From positions 248,001 through 312,000 of the forward strand of contig JAVECO010000002.1 in the NCBI GenBank assembly GCA_051942205.1: DNA of 64,000 nucleotides, written 5' to 3'. The notes under the pieces are model-generated. The model saw only the letters and a list, made by a program, of their open reading frames with translations. It had not been told where the DNA came from and searched no databases. Shown here piece after piece: positions 36,901 to 49,379 of the stretch (position 1 is the stretch's first letter; each line of letters opens with the position of its first letter). Source of the stretch: Coniocarpon cinnabarinum (Eukaryota). Made by a program: the position numbers and the translations under genes.

Positions 36901-38461
36901 TCATGACTTGGGCCTGAATTTCTTTGAGGTCGTGGAACGAGTTCGCTCCTCCTGGATTTCCCTCTGCCTCTTCGCCTCATAATCTTTGGCATTGTTCGTT
37001 TCTGCAGCAGCAGCAGCTTGTGCTCTTCTTTTCTCCAAGGTCGAGGTTACAGACGTCTTCATTTCTCCGAGTTGACTCGTCGCGCTCTTGAACATCCCCG
37101 AGAGAGAATTAGACGAGGATGACTGTGCGCTTGGGGAACCCCGTCCGTCTCCAAATGATGCGCCGGCAACGTCGATTGTCCTCTTGTTCGGACTAGTGCG
37201 CGCAGGATCATCAGATTTCGGTTTCGGTGTCATTCCAAGCCACTCGCGGACCACAGGAGACCGGAATGCTACATTAGTGATGAGTGCAAAGAACGATGTT
37301 GTTGCGAAATGCATTTGAATGGCAGCAGGAGCCCATCCAATGATGAATATCCCAATGCCGGGCAGACCCCAAATTACAAATTTTTGAAACGCTCTTTGTT
37401 TTTCTGATAGCATGGTGGTTTGATTCTCGGAAGCCCACTACTAAGGGTGAGCCAGTGTTCCCTGATGAGACTAACGGAGCAGTGCTCTTGGAGCAAACTC
37501 ACCTTCCCAGATAAGTGCTGGAATGTCGCGGCCATAAGTGGTAAAATAAATGTTGGGTCTGGCGCGGTCAAGTCTGTAAACCATGCGAAGCCTCCTGTCG
37601 TCATTCCGGCCACGGGAACATCCGCCATGTTTCGAAATGTCCTCCAACAGCCGAATCCTATAGGAATATTTGCGAATTGAGCTAAAAATTTCCAATACTT
37701 GACTCCATTATCCTTGTAGGTAACCTTGATTTGTTGCTGTAGTTTTTGTAGCTCATACTGATTACCTTTCATACTCGCAGCCTGAGCCTTAGCCATTAAT
37801 GGCTTCGTGAGTGGCGAAATGGCCATCATCTGAGTGCTTGTCTCCACTGATGCCTTTTGGGCAAAAACCATGACAACTCGAGTCAGAAAACCAGTGAAAA
37901 ATATGGAGCCGGCAAGGGGAAATCCTGAATAGACGTGTATGTATTCAAACATTGTTTTAATGATTTCGCTTGAGCCCAAGCCAAAGTCTATTCCATAATC
38001 ATGCTCCAAAAAGCCGATGAAGTCATTCGTGTACGAGGCCTCGCTGGGTCCAGGAACATGTTGGGAGACGTCAGCAGAGTCTAGAATTGGTGAAGACTCG
38101 GATGCATGCGAGCCTGCTGACGAAGCTGTGGGCGCGGAAGGGGCTTCATCGGGTAGGAAAGTCCCCGTCGACGTGGTTTGCGTCGAGGGCTCTGGCGATG
38201 ACTTCGAGAACCAGCTTGCATTCCGGGCAAAAATATGTTGACGAGCACTAATGTTTTGACTGTTCAAGCGTATCTTTTGTCGCGCATATGACGTTGTTGC
38301 GATTGAGAAGGATCTTGTGTTTGGATGCTAGTTGTACATTAGAGTAAGTTCGTCGTGAATTTATCATTCACACCCACCCATAACCTTGTCCGACATCGCA
38401 CATTCAATGGAGGAGATGTACCGGCTCTTGTCAAAGGTATGAATCCTCTGCTGGGAGGCAT
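36901..38461 (-). CDS. OXA1: Mitochondrial inner-membrane insertase Oxa1 (YidC/Oxa1 family)
   Basis: Presequence, GFL...G.DFG.G, EYIHVYSG.P, Q..IPIGFG..R.MA..PV.G...GG..WF.DLT..DP..ILP and a charged C-tail. At least 2 introns. Confidence 0.9.
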
Positions 38462-38814
38462 ACTTTGGTCATGCGAGACAGATTCGAGGTACAATGCGAA
38501 TGAGTAAGTAGCTTGACAGTGAATTCAAGGGTTCCATAACCCTATATAAGCCCTGAGTCGTGAAGGCGTTCTGCACGCGGCTCAAGTACGATCAGACTAT
38601 CCGAGCAAGAGCGTATTCAGTATTTCGGTTAACCAAAGAGTTCAAGATTGGAAAATAACTGGGAAGTCTGCAAACTTTAGAGCGATCGAGTGATGTACTA
38701 TTTGCGCAGTGATTTCCGATACCACACCTTGTCTAGGCTGAGCTTTGCTGGTCGCAAAGTGGGCTTCAAGAAGAAACCCTAATCTAGTTGCCCGTATTTT
38801 GTGGTATATTTATG

Positions 38815-40907
38815 TCATTCCCAAGCTCCCTCCTTCCATTTACCTATAGCGCCCCGCCGTCTTTCAGGGGCGACGAGGACGTGGCTCCACACTTCTTGTC
38901 CATCCACATAGAGCATATATCGCAGTAGACTCTGGCCACTTCCCTTAGGCGACTCAATTCTAATGGCGCCAAACTTGCTGTTGCCCTCAGGATGATATTT
39001 TAGACATGTCTCTCTCTCGTGTCCGACGTAGTAGTCACCCGTGCTTGAAAGCTTTGGAGGATCTTCTCGATACGTTCGCCACGGCAAGTAGAACATACTG
39101 AGAGGGCTAGTTGAGAACTCGACAGCTGCTGCTTCACCAACGCGCGCGCCAAGGTCATTTTCCAGCCGCGGTGGAGGAGGAAATGCCGTCGTGGCGTGCT
39201 CATGTCGGTCGCCACTGAGAATAATCACACCCGTACCAGACCCATCCGATCCAGCAGCCCAAATCGCTTCAAGGACCTGACGACGTTCACTAAGATAGCC
39301 ACCCCAGGTATCCTTTGCATTAACTCGCCAGTTGCGCGTGAACGGCACGGACGAGACCAAAATCTTCCATCGGACGCCTGGATTAGAAGGTGGAGCAGCT
39401 AGCCAGCTCAGCAGAGATTTGCGTTGGGCTTCACCCAACATTGTTGCATCGCACGTCTCGTCGCTCGACGAGCATGGCTCGCTTCGATAACGTCTCGTGT
39501 CCATGAGGAAGAACGACGAGGGGCCCTGGATGAACGTGGTGTAGGTCTGAGTGTGCACAGGGGATAGTGAGGTGCGTCTGGAAAAGAGACCATTTCGTTC
39601 TGCATATTCGGAAGGGGGCGGATTTCCAGAGATGTGATAATGTGTGTAAGGATCTAATGCGGCTGGAAAGACTCCCGTAGTGTTTGCAGACCAGTCATTT
39701 GATATTTCGTGATCGTCATAGACATGGATCCAGGGCAGATCGTAGTCTGTTTGATCCGGATAAAGTGGATCTTGTAATACACGCGCACCGAGAGGCCACT
39801 CTGGCGAAGCATATACCTGACGGTACTCACGCCGATAGTTGGAAACATCGACTCCGTGCCTACGAGGTACATCGACATAGATGAAGTCACCGAGGAACAG
39901 GAAGAAGGCGGGGTTGAGCTTCGAAAAGGCTTTTGCAAGCGGGCGCATTCCAGGTATTGTCAGAGGATGGTCTAGAGGATTGTAAGGAAATCGAGTCTTG
40001 ATGCAGGACGAGTGCAAGAAGGTGAATGTTCCGCCTCGGTTTGTCTCATCACAACGTATCACTGTTTCATCCGGGATAAGACCTCGACGAGATACTGAGC
40101 CAGGAGGAGGCGCGGTAATAAAATAACTTGTGTAATTGTTGGATAGCGCGTACTGGTACCGTGTGTCCGGTCGCAGACCCTCAATAGTCATCACGGCTGT
40201 AAAGTCGGTCTCCTCGCTCAGGTCGACAACACTGGAAGAATGTCTCCAGCTACTGTCAAAGTGGGCGCCAGACGTTTTGATCACGGGAACATCCGCGTAC
40301 CGATAAGAAAGGAAAATTGGTAGACGCGTGATGTTGGGCTCACGGACTAGGATCTTGGCTGAGTTTTCAGACACATACCCTAATCGTGCGAAGGAGAAGT
40401 CTTCAAGAGGATGGAAAAGTGCCGCCCGGTATGTAGCATCAATCATGAACAGAAAGAGTACCACGTTTACGGCGAAACTGGTAAGCGAAGCAAACATTGA
40501 TGTGCTTGGCACTCCAGTGAGCAAGGTCAATAGAGGATGCGGAGGCTTTGATTTCGTGATGATTGTGTCCTCAACGTCAATCTCCTCTGCCGGAACGCCA
40601 TTGCTCGTACTGTCAGACCCTGTCCCATACTCTATAGGTTTGACGACTACATCAACCTTCTCGTCCACGACATCATATGGAGGCGTGGTCAGGACCACGT
40701 AAATCCAACTGGTGCAGTAAATTGCAAATGAAGTACCCAGGAGCTGCGGAAATAGGTCGCCTGGAATCTATAAAGTGATTAAATAACCCTCTATACGACT
40801 GAGTCCTTCGTGCAGACATTGTGACTTACCCATCTGAAGAAGATGTAAGAGAATAGCCGCAGGAGGACAGAGCTCGTCAGAGCCGTGATCTCCCCAGTTC
40901 TTGCCAT
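38815..40907 (-). CDS. PhoD-family alkaline phosphatase-like membrane protein
   Basis: FLGDFIYVDVP, HVYDDHEISNDW, FLMDTRRYRS, DTWGGY..ER, LSGDRHE and EFSTSPLS. Exon 1 MARTG...YIFFRW is followed by a GTAAGT intron. Confidence 0.92.
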
Positions 40908-41496
40908 TGAGAATGTCGTGTCATTCTACGTCGCTGTGAGACATCTTGATGTGATAAATAGCGGCGTATCGCCGTGGAGAGGAACGGAGAGGAAATTGCA
41001 CGGCAAGATGTTGTTTTACGCAATAGGACTAGCGTATCTTAGGTTGCGGCAAGGATTCAGTCTAGGCGACGAGCTTGTACGATGAGAAAAATGCGGGTCA
41101 TAAAGCTATAAGCACAACGGCGAAAATCCTCTACAACTCACAAAATTTTGAATTAGTATGCGGCAAGTATCATCTTGCCAGACCCTTGCGGCCTTGCCGT
41201 AAAGGGGAGGTGACTGCGCTTTGGAGGACCTCGAAATGAAGAATAATTGGGTTCCTACTAGAATAAATGAGGTATACACGCCCGCGCGTTCCATGTTGAA
41301 ACAATATCATTATGGACTCATGCATCTCTGCACCTCGAGTGCAATCCATCATGCGTTCCATTCCATTCAACTCACAGACGTCGAGCACCCCAACCTACCA
41401 GAAAGCTGGAACGATTTGGACGCAGCGTCGGGTGCTTTGGATTGACTCGAGCGGTTGTGAGGACTCCATCTTGCCGCTGGCGTTGCCTTTCCTCCT

Positions 41497-43275
41497 TCAA
41501 AAGTCTGGACCACTCTTCACCCGCACACTCGGATCACCAAAACGCTGGACGCCATTAGGATCGAAGACCTGCTCAAGGAAGTCCATTATGGTTTGCTCAT
41601 CTTCGGTGAATGGGACCACCTTCCAATTCCACACACGTGTGATCCGTGCCAGGATGCTAGCACTGTCCTCAGCGTCTGAATCCGGTTCCATAATACGTTG
41701 CGCCATGTCCTCGCTATCTACAGCAATGCGGATGCGCATGTTGTAGACACGTGCAACAATCTTGTAGTCGTCCTCGCTCTTGTCCTCTTCGTCTTTAATG
41801 TCATAGACGGGTTCCGAGTCGATAGGGTGGAAGTGCTTGTAGATGTCGCTGATCGCTTTTATGAAGAACTTGGGCGCATCGAATTCAAACCACCCGCCCT
41901 CGGTTTCTTTGACGTGGGCGTTTTCCCTGCGGAGGTCGAAACCAAGCACTTTGAGATTTTTGAATGGCTGAATAGCACGCCAGACGTCCTTAATAGGGAA
42001 CCTCGTCCAAGAAGCACCACGAAGGAAGAGTGCGCGCACATACTTCCTTGGCTTCCGCATGCAGCAGCCGAGACCGGTAGCGCAAAGGCTTTGCCCAGAG
42101 TCTGGTGGGGAGAGCTTGCATATGTTTTTGGGCCACCGCTTCGTGGCACTGTCTCTCGCCCTGAGGTCGCGAAGGCTGATAATGAAGACATTGCCTTTGA
42201 GAAATTGCTTGATGGCAATCTTCTTCCAATCATGATGTAGGGGTGCGCAAGCATCGAGCAAGGCGAGTGTAGGCTCGTCACCTGGCGTCGTTTGAAGGTG
42301 CTTGCTTACTTGGAAAAAGAGACTGACCGAAATTGGCTTGTGCCAATCGACGCAAGCTCTGCGGACGACCATTGACGTGATCTCGGACGGCAGTATACGA
42401 CAAAAGCGCGGGACATTTCGTGGAATCAGGCCGTCAGGTACTTCCCCAAGCATCGGTGATTTATTGGATAAGAAGTTACGCAGCGTAGAGTGATGGTGAT
42501 TGATCGACTGCTCGCATGCCTCTAATTGCTGAGGCGATGGGTGTACGAAGAACTCTGGGCCGATGACATTCTGTGCGATGGTCTCTTTTAGAGCTTTTGC
42601 ATCACATCCGCGGCGCGTCTCCCACCCAGAAAGTTCTGCTTTGAGTTGCGCTTTCGGGTCTGCAGATTGTAAAGCTTGTCCATTGGAGCTCGAGCTGACG
42701 CCTGCGTTACTAGGATGTGATTCTGGACTTCTCGAAGGTGGTCTGTTGCAAAACTTGCCCGTGTTCCAACGAGGGTCATAATTACGGGTTAGCTTCTTAA
42801 CTGGGGTGCTCCTGGTATCTGGTAGTTGACCCCACTCTTCTGTGGTTTGGGGTCGTCTGTTACGGTCCTTGGTCTTCCTTTTCCCCTTTCGTTGTGAATC
42901 GGAGAAACCGGCTGAACCAGAGGTGCCGAAATCGTGGTCGTCAATCAAATTTGTCGTGTGGCTGGTGTTGCCCCTGTACAGGGAAGCTTCCGCTGCTGGA
43001 AGCCAAGGCTCCTCAGTACCCCAACCTTCGCCAGCAGATGGACCAATGCCTGACGATGGCGGCGCTCCCCAACCCTCGGATTCAATCTCAGAAGTGGTTT
43101 TGGCGCCGCTTTCCAGCGCCTGGCGATTGGATTCTTGGTGCAATTCACGTACATAATTAGTGTAGATACTGCTGTACCCGTTGACGTGCTCAATCTTCCA
43201 GTCATGGGTTTTGCCGGGAAACATAGCGTCGGCATTCGCAACCAGAGCGGCTTGATATGAGAGTCTGGAATCCAT
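41497..43275 (-). CDS. Hypothetical protein, 592 aa (disordered GW-containing N-half, F-box-like LPSEI motif)
   Basis: Long intronless ORF with protein-like composition. FCRILPSEITSMVV weakly resembles an F-box start. Confidence 0.7.
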   Translation of the reverse strand: MDSRLSYQAALVANADAMFPGKTHDWKIEHVNGYSSIYTNYVRELHQESNRQALESGAKTTSEIESEGWGAPPSSGIGPSAGEGWGTEEPWLPAAEASLYRGNTSHTTNLIDDHDFGTSGSAGFSDSQRKGKRKTKDRNRRPQTTEEWGQLPDTRSTPVKKLTRNYDPRWNTGKFCNRPPSRSPESHPSNAGVSSSSNGQALQSADPKAQLKAELSGWETRRGCDAKALKETIAQNVIGPEFFVHPSPQQLEACEQSINHHHSTLRNFLSNKSPMLGEVPDGLIPRNVPRFCRILPSEITSMVVRRACVDWHKPISVSLFFQVSKHLQTTPGDEPTLALLDACAPLHHDWKKIAIKQFLKGNVFIISLRDLRARDSATKRWPKNICKLSPPDSGQSLCATGLGCCMRKPRKYVRALFLRGASWTRFPIKDVWRAIQPFKNLKVLGFDLRRENAHVKETEGGWFEFDAPKFFIKAISDIYKHFHPIDSEPVYDIKDEEDKSEDDYKIVARVYNMRIRIAVDSEDMAQRIMEPDSDAEDSASILARITRVWNWKVVPFTEDEQTIMDFLEQVFDPNGVQRFGDPSVRVKSGPDF

Positions 43276-44071
43276 GCTGCGAATGATATTTCTGAGCAGG
43301 TTGGGCCTGTTAATTTTGTCAATATGATACGAATTAGAAACGTGCAGAACGAGGTATGTTCGAGGGAGTAGGTTGATGCAGGGTTACGATAGGGTTGAGA
43401 GAGTTGTATGGAGGAGAAATAATGTGGGTAGGAATAGTCGTGGCTGAGAAGCCCTATTGTGGGTTCGTTTCAGATATCAATAGATGGTGAATGGTGTTCG
43501 GAAGACAATGGTGATCTATTGTGCCATTTTTATATTGTGAAACACCCCTTCGCGCCTGCCTGCCACGGGGTCTGCGACCGTGCCGCGGTTAGCCAGGCGT
43601 CTATCATATGCAAAGTGAACAGACCACCGTGAGCGTATAAGGAATGATGAAGACTATCAGGGCAACATGTGAGTTACCCGCAATCCTGGCATGGCTAAGG
43701 GCAAAGAAAGTGCTCCAGCTCGCTTCATAGACTCTTCATTTTGCAACTCAACCTTTTTACGCTTACTGCAGGTATACCCCGAAGAGCAGGGCCCGCTTCT
43801 AGGTCCGTTTCTTCCTTCTTGTGACCGTGAGTCAGATTTTCGTGAAAGGGGGAAAGCCTTGGCTTGAATAGTCTGCTGGAGTGAAGGTGTCAACGACATA
43901 GAAAGCACGGGCCCAGTTCAAACCGGTGCACTTTCAACTGCGGAGGCACATGCTTGGACGATACCTGTGACAGCCCAATGCGAAGGCATCAGTGCTGTGC
44001 TTTGTAACAAATCGTGAAACGAGTCCAACGCTGTCATGAAATCAGAATTTGGTATCAGAAGTATTTAACGC

Positions 44072-46817
44072 CTACAACCTTGCCGTAGGAGCTTCTATCT
44101 GATCTCTTGATACCGAAATCCACCACCTTCGCAGAATTGCCGCATTTTGCCGCTCCTCGGCCTCGATTTCCACTGGTGGTCCTTGGCACTCTTCATTATC
44201 GGGATAGCTCTCCGGCTGAAGGTCCTGCAAACGATGTTTGTACCTCCAGACAAGCCAACCACTCGAAGCTGCGCTGAGCAAGAAACACTTGTGTTTTCTC
44301 GTCTTCACAGTGAAGCTGCGGAGGAGAACGACGTCTCCGACGCTTATTGAAGGCAGTGACTTGGCGAACGGGCGAAAGCACTGCACTTGTATCACATCTG
44401 GATGAGTTGAAGTATCTGTGACTTTGAATGTCACGTGATAATCTCTTGGTCCAGATTTTGCCCTTTCAACTTTCGACGAACGATTTGCAACAACTGCAAG
44501 CACATCAACTGTTCGTGGACCTTGAGAATCTGACGAACCAACGTGCCGATTAAGCATTGACAGCGGTGAATAAAGCGCCACTGCTGTTCTCCAAGGCTGG
44601 CGCAGGTGCTTGGTGACACTGAGGAGGTTGCCTGGATCCTCTGAAGCTTTGTTCGATTGTCTATTATCTGATGCCCTTTTGCGGGTCATAGGATATAGGT
44701 CTTGAGGCTCTTTCGATCGATCCAAGTCGCTCTGGCCAGGAACAAATGTTGATGGTAAGGTAATGTCTGTCTCTGCAGCTTTCTTAGACAAACGCCGTCT
44801 CCGACTTGATCTTCGCAAGGCAAACCAAGGACTAATCACGTCTGGTACTTCCTCTAAGGAAATTTGTTTTGAGTGAGCACTCTCCCTACGCTCTTGGATT
44901 AGGCCAATGTTTTTTTCGTCGGAATGAAAATCTTTGGGCAGAGGAGCGACATTCGGAATTTGATCAGAAAGCTCGTTTGCTTGGACACTAGGCGAGTCCT
45001 CTTGATCACTTGCGGCTTTTGACTGGCATTCTGACAGAGTTACTTTTCTTTGGTCATTGGGCAATGCAGGACTTGCCCTCAGATCATAAGCCAAGGGGCT
45101 CTGTCCTTCACTGACCTTAGCCGCCGCTTCAGTCCCAGGTGTCTCATCAGCATGTTCGTATCGCTTTTCCACTTGGGGTGAGGGAACGAAGCCGCCATAC
45201 ATATTGGAAACGGTATCTCCGGACACGACGGTCTGCTTAGTCAAAGGCTCTTGCACAGGATCGGCAATCGTCGCCGCGGTCAGATCTAGACCAGTGCTTT
45301 CTGATTCATCGTGTGAGACTTCAGGAAATTCGGGAAATCTGCCGCTGTCAATATGTGATGACATCGGACGCTCAGTATCCGTTGTTGGTTTATCTTCCGA
45401 TGCGTTCTGGTTACCCTGAAAAATCGAATGTTCTTGAGAGGATGAAAAGCTGGACGACTGTCCGGACGGAAACTGAAGTTGCACAGTCTGCTCATCCGCC
45501 GACGACGGGTCTATCGCAGGGTGAGAAAGAATGGCGCCGTCATAGCCGAAATCCATGGTATCAGTTTCATCATATGCTTGCACCGGCCCAACATCCGACA
45601 AAGTCGCCTCAAGATTAATGGCGGGTAAAGGAGGACTTTCCTGCGTGACAATTTCACCTAAGCTTACTTCGGCCGGATTCGTCCCAATCGGCGAGACCAG
45701 TGGCAAGCCGAAACTTTCCACAGGCAAAAGCCGGGGCGACAGGGGAGTTGTTGGTAGAGAGGAAGCAGATTGACGAGAGTTTGGACTTGGAGTACACATA
45801 TTTCTGGCATCGACCTCAACATTGCTGGAAGCTGGTGGATCTCGCGCCTCATGCTCGGCAGTCACGTCAGCATGAGATAGCGCGCCATTCACCTGCAACT
45901 CAACTTGAGCAGATACACTGGGCGCGCGTCTGGCTGATTCACTATTGTGCTCATCATCCACTGCAATCGTTGTGGCTTGATGCTCAGTGTCTCTGCCGAT
46001 GTTGAGGGGAGAAGAGGGAGCAATCGATGCAAGAGAAGCTTCATCATCATTTCTATTGCCGCTTTCGACTGGCGTGATCGAGATGTCCTCGCCAGAGTAT
46101 CGCCACTCGCCGCTACGCCGGCCGAAGAGAGTCCGTTTACGACCTCTGCCGGGTATGTAGCCATCCTCTTCTGCAAAGTCTCCATACGGAGCACGGAAGA
46201 ACGCATTTCCTGATTGCGAGGACCGTATGACAATTGGTGATGACCATGTAAGGTTGCCCTCCAGGGACTTCGTTTGAGACGATTTCGGTAATGGAGCTGG
46301 CGTATCTACTGGAGACGAAGACTGTCGAGAGGTAGGGGAAAGTGACGTGCGCTCATTGATATCTACTTGACAAATGACTTGACCATCACGCTCGACCTGA
46401 CCTCATGTCAGTCAAACCATTGCCAGCGCGCAGCGGTAGAATTACCCTCAGGACCACTCGGTCTTTGTATACTAACTCTCCTTCCAGACTTCTGCCTGGC
46501 GTTGCAACCGCCTCCTCGGGAACGTGCCATGTCGCCCCCTCCAAGGATAGCTCAATGCGGTCGCCAACACCGATCCCAGAACTTGCAATGTACTTTGCCG
46601 AGGGACCCAGGAAATGGACGCGAACTTGGCCCTTGTTACGTCTCAGGCGAAAGTCAGGCTCAGCGAGCAACAGCGATGTCTCGCGAGTTGCAGATGAATA
46701 CGGCCAGACCAGGGTAAGAATAGCATGTATCTGGCTCGTTGAGTCGGGTGGACGAACAGGATCAAGTTGTGGTATGGATAGGAGATGTATAGGATCACCG
46801 CCCTCTTCCTGTATCAT
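44072..46817 (-). CDS. OB-fold telomere ssDNA-binding (POT1/Cdc13 Telo_bind-like) domain protein
   Basis: N-terminal OB-like exon (LVWPYSS...LLLAEPDFRLRR.KGQVRV.F.G). Intron 46397..46445, then FAEEDG..GRGRKR, a long acidic linker and a C-terminal VDVLAVV...RAKSGPRDYH..F.VTD...VQCFRPF...LP....GDVVLLR.F domain. Confidence 0.85.
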
Positions 46818-46967
46818 TACGGAACGCTAAAAGGAGCATTGCAGGGTAGCTGAAATCTACCAAACACCGGCTTTATCCCAGTTGTATAATATGTAGGTAT
46901 GTTCGCCTCAGAAGCGATTTGTTGCGCAAATGAAGGTAGGAATGCGGGGCTGCAGCCAAAACTGCTA

Positions 46968-47422
46968 CGCGGTAGGGGAAAAAAGCGGCACACTAAAATA
47001 AACGCGGCACCCTTACTAAAAGTCGATATTCTAGGCACTAATGAATTACTCTATAATAGATTAATTTATATAAAACCTATATTTTTTAAGTTATATTAGA
47101 ATACGCTTTTAATTAATACTAAATTTATAGTTATACGTCTAGTAAAATTAGAAAAAAAAGATTTAGGTATTACTTTATAAAGCGTAAAAAATAGCTATCT
47201 TAGCTTTATAGAATATATCTAAAGTTAGACTATAACTTACTCTAATAAAAAAATTTAAATATATATTCTATACTAGTAAAAAGTATAAGAGCTATTATAT
47301 CTAGTACTAGATTATCTTTAAATTCTCTCTAAGCGTTAGTAAGAAATGTGGCTATATAGAATAGCGATTTTTGGTAAGGGTGCCGCGTTCATTTTAGTGT
47401 GCCGCTTTTTTCCCCCACCGCG
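46968..47422. mobile_element. Non-autonomous DNA transposon (MITE-like), 455 bp, 66-bp TIRs, RIP-mutated
   Basis: 46968..47033 is the reverse complement of 47357..47422 with 5 mismatches. The interior is extremely AT/TpA-rich with no transposase ORF. Flanks are TA on the left and TG on the right. Confidence 0.9.
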
Positions 47423-48168
47423 TGACTGCTCTTTGGCGTTTGCACGCGATCCTTTATCACAGATTGCCTGTCCTAGCGTTCGCCCTGAGCCCGCTTGACG
47501 TCAAGGTCACTTCAGCCCCTCTGAGCAACAAAGGTTTATCAACACAAACAGCGCTGAAGTCTCACGGGGCTGTAGAAACTCTGTGCGAGTGGCATCAAAG
47601 CCTGCATCAATGCCCAGCCACATTCAGACCACCAGTACTTCCTGCTCATGCGACGTGTTTGTGGCCCTGAAAATACTTCGAAGGATTGTGTTTCAATGCA
47701 GGTGTTTCAGTGCATCGCTCGTGCTCTTCAACCTGTCAATATTGACATCGATCCTGTGGCAACAATGGCTCCATGACGTACGCACCCATGCCACCATGTA
47801 CAGACTGCTTCGATCCGTCCTATTGCCGCACTAAGTATGATAGATTTCGTGTAGAACCAGAGCAAGAAACACACATCACATTCAAATTTCCCCACGTAGA
47901 CTTGCTCTTATCACTATGTGCCTGCCACCTGTCCATACTCACATAGTTGACGTGAACCCCACCTCTATGGCCAGCCTTCTTAAGCAGTTATTGCTACCGC
48001 AACAAGAGTTGAGCTTAGTAGAAAAGGCTATTTGAACGTATTTGAGAGACTTTCCTCTTTGAACTCTCAGATTTCCTTGTCTATCCGCTTTGTAGCTACT
48101 ATACATCTTCTGCCATCCTTAGAGGACCCAAAAAACCTTCGGCCCCTCCGAGCTTGATCACGCACATC

Positions 48169-48726
48169 ATGCCCCAGTACCGTAGGCGTCGCTCTTCACG
48201 CCAAGAAGAAGAAGAAGAAGATAGTCGACGTCCACTACCACCAGTTAGGAGCCGCACGTCCCAATTCCTCAGTCGCTCTCCACGACGAAGCGATTCTAGG
48301 AGCTCCGCTGATAGTCCACAAACGCAAGAACGGACCAGGCGCTTTCCCTTTCTCCACCGTCGTCGAGAACGACGCTATTCTGGGGGCTCCTCTGAGCGTT
48401 CCGCAGCGAGCAATTATTCTCGTAGCTTCGAGGAGTATGAGGCGCGACGTAACTACGGTCGGCGAAGCCCAAGCTATTATGAAGGCCCCTATGATTCCGC
48501 AGAAGCAGATGACCGTCAATACACGAGACGACTCGGTGACGAAATTATTGCCAGGGAGGTGGCTGGCCGTCGCCCTGAGACTGATGGAGGAGGAAGCCCG
48601 CCCGCTACGCAAGATCACAGCGCGGTGCTAAACTGGTTAGAGGGACAGGAGCGTCCTCGCTCGCCACGACGTCGCCGGTTGCGTGCGCCGAGAGTGCGAG
48701 GACTCTTCGATGATCGGTCGCGATGA
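48169..48726 (+). CDS. Arg/Ser-rich hypothetical protein (185 aa)
   Basis: ATG after a pyrimidine-rich leader. RS/RRR low complexity with a short ordered segment (DHSAVLNWLEGQ). Confidence 0.55.
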   Translation: MPQYRRRRSSRQEEEEEDSRRPLPPVRSRTSQFLSRSPRRSDSRSSADSPQTQERTRRFPFLHRRRERRYSGGSSERSAASNYSRSFEEYEARRNYGRRSPSYYEGPYDSAEADDRQYTRRLGDEIIAREVAGRRPETDGGGSPPATQDHSAVLNWLEGQERPRSPRRRRLRAPRVRGLFDDRSR

Positions 48727-49379
48727 TGTCCATACGCCTTGCCGGTATTTTGGTCGAAGTCCCACTTCAAATTCTCTGTACTTTTGCAGCGCTGTTTTTA
48801 TGGGAACTAGAGATCGGATCTGATTTTGTTACAGACAGGCTAGTGGCGAAATGCATGATCCGTTTGAAGCATTCTCGCAGACTACAGCGCAAAGTGTCTC
48901 GGCTGCGTCGCGTAGAATTGCAAGCTAACAAGATGACAGCCTTATCCGTGGGTATCATGCAGCAGAATGAGTGGCCAACGCGTATGCAGGACTGGGCGCA
49001 TATCGCGCAATCGCCCTTTGCAAGCAAGGCGTCGTCTTCAGGGCTTAGTCAGTCCCGTATTACCTAGATATGGTGCAATCATGAACGTATGAAGTTGTCT
49101 TTGTCAGCAAGGTTTGTACGACTCCAATGCCCCTCACTGACATCACGCGTCATGTCACTGTTCACCCTCCAGACTTTTAGAGCGAGTCGAGCAAGTCAAT
49201 CAAGTCGAGCAATCGACATTTTAAAGGCACGACCAGATCTCCAAGACAGCACCTCGTCGCAACGAGTGCTCTAGGAAAAATACACACAAAGCTGTCCCTG
49301 ATACGAGCTGAACAGCCAGTCGCGCATCAAGTACTCCTTGACTTCGAGGCGAATTCAAGATATACTTCATCACTTGCAC

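Noticed and set aside
43901..43935. GTTCAAAC T-loop/B-box-like sequence within a weak hairpin
   Set aside because: No acceptor, D or anticodon stems can be built, so it is not called as a tRNA.
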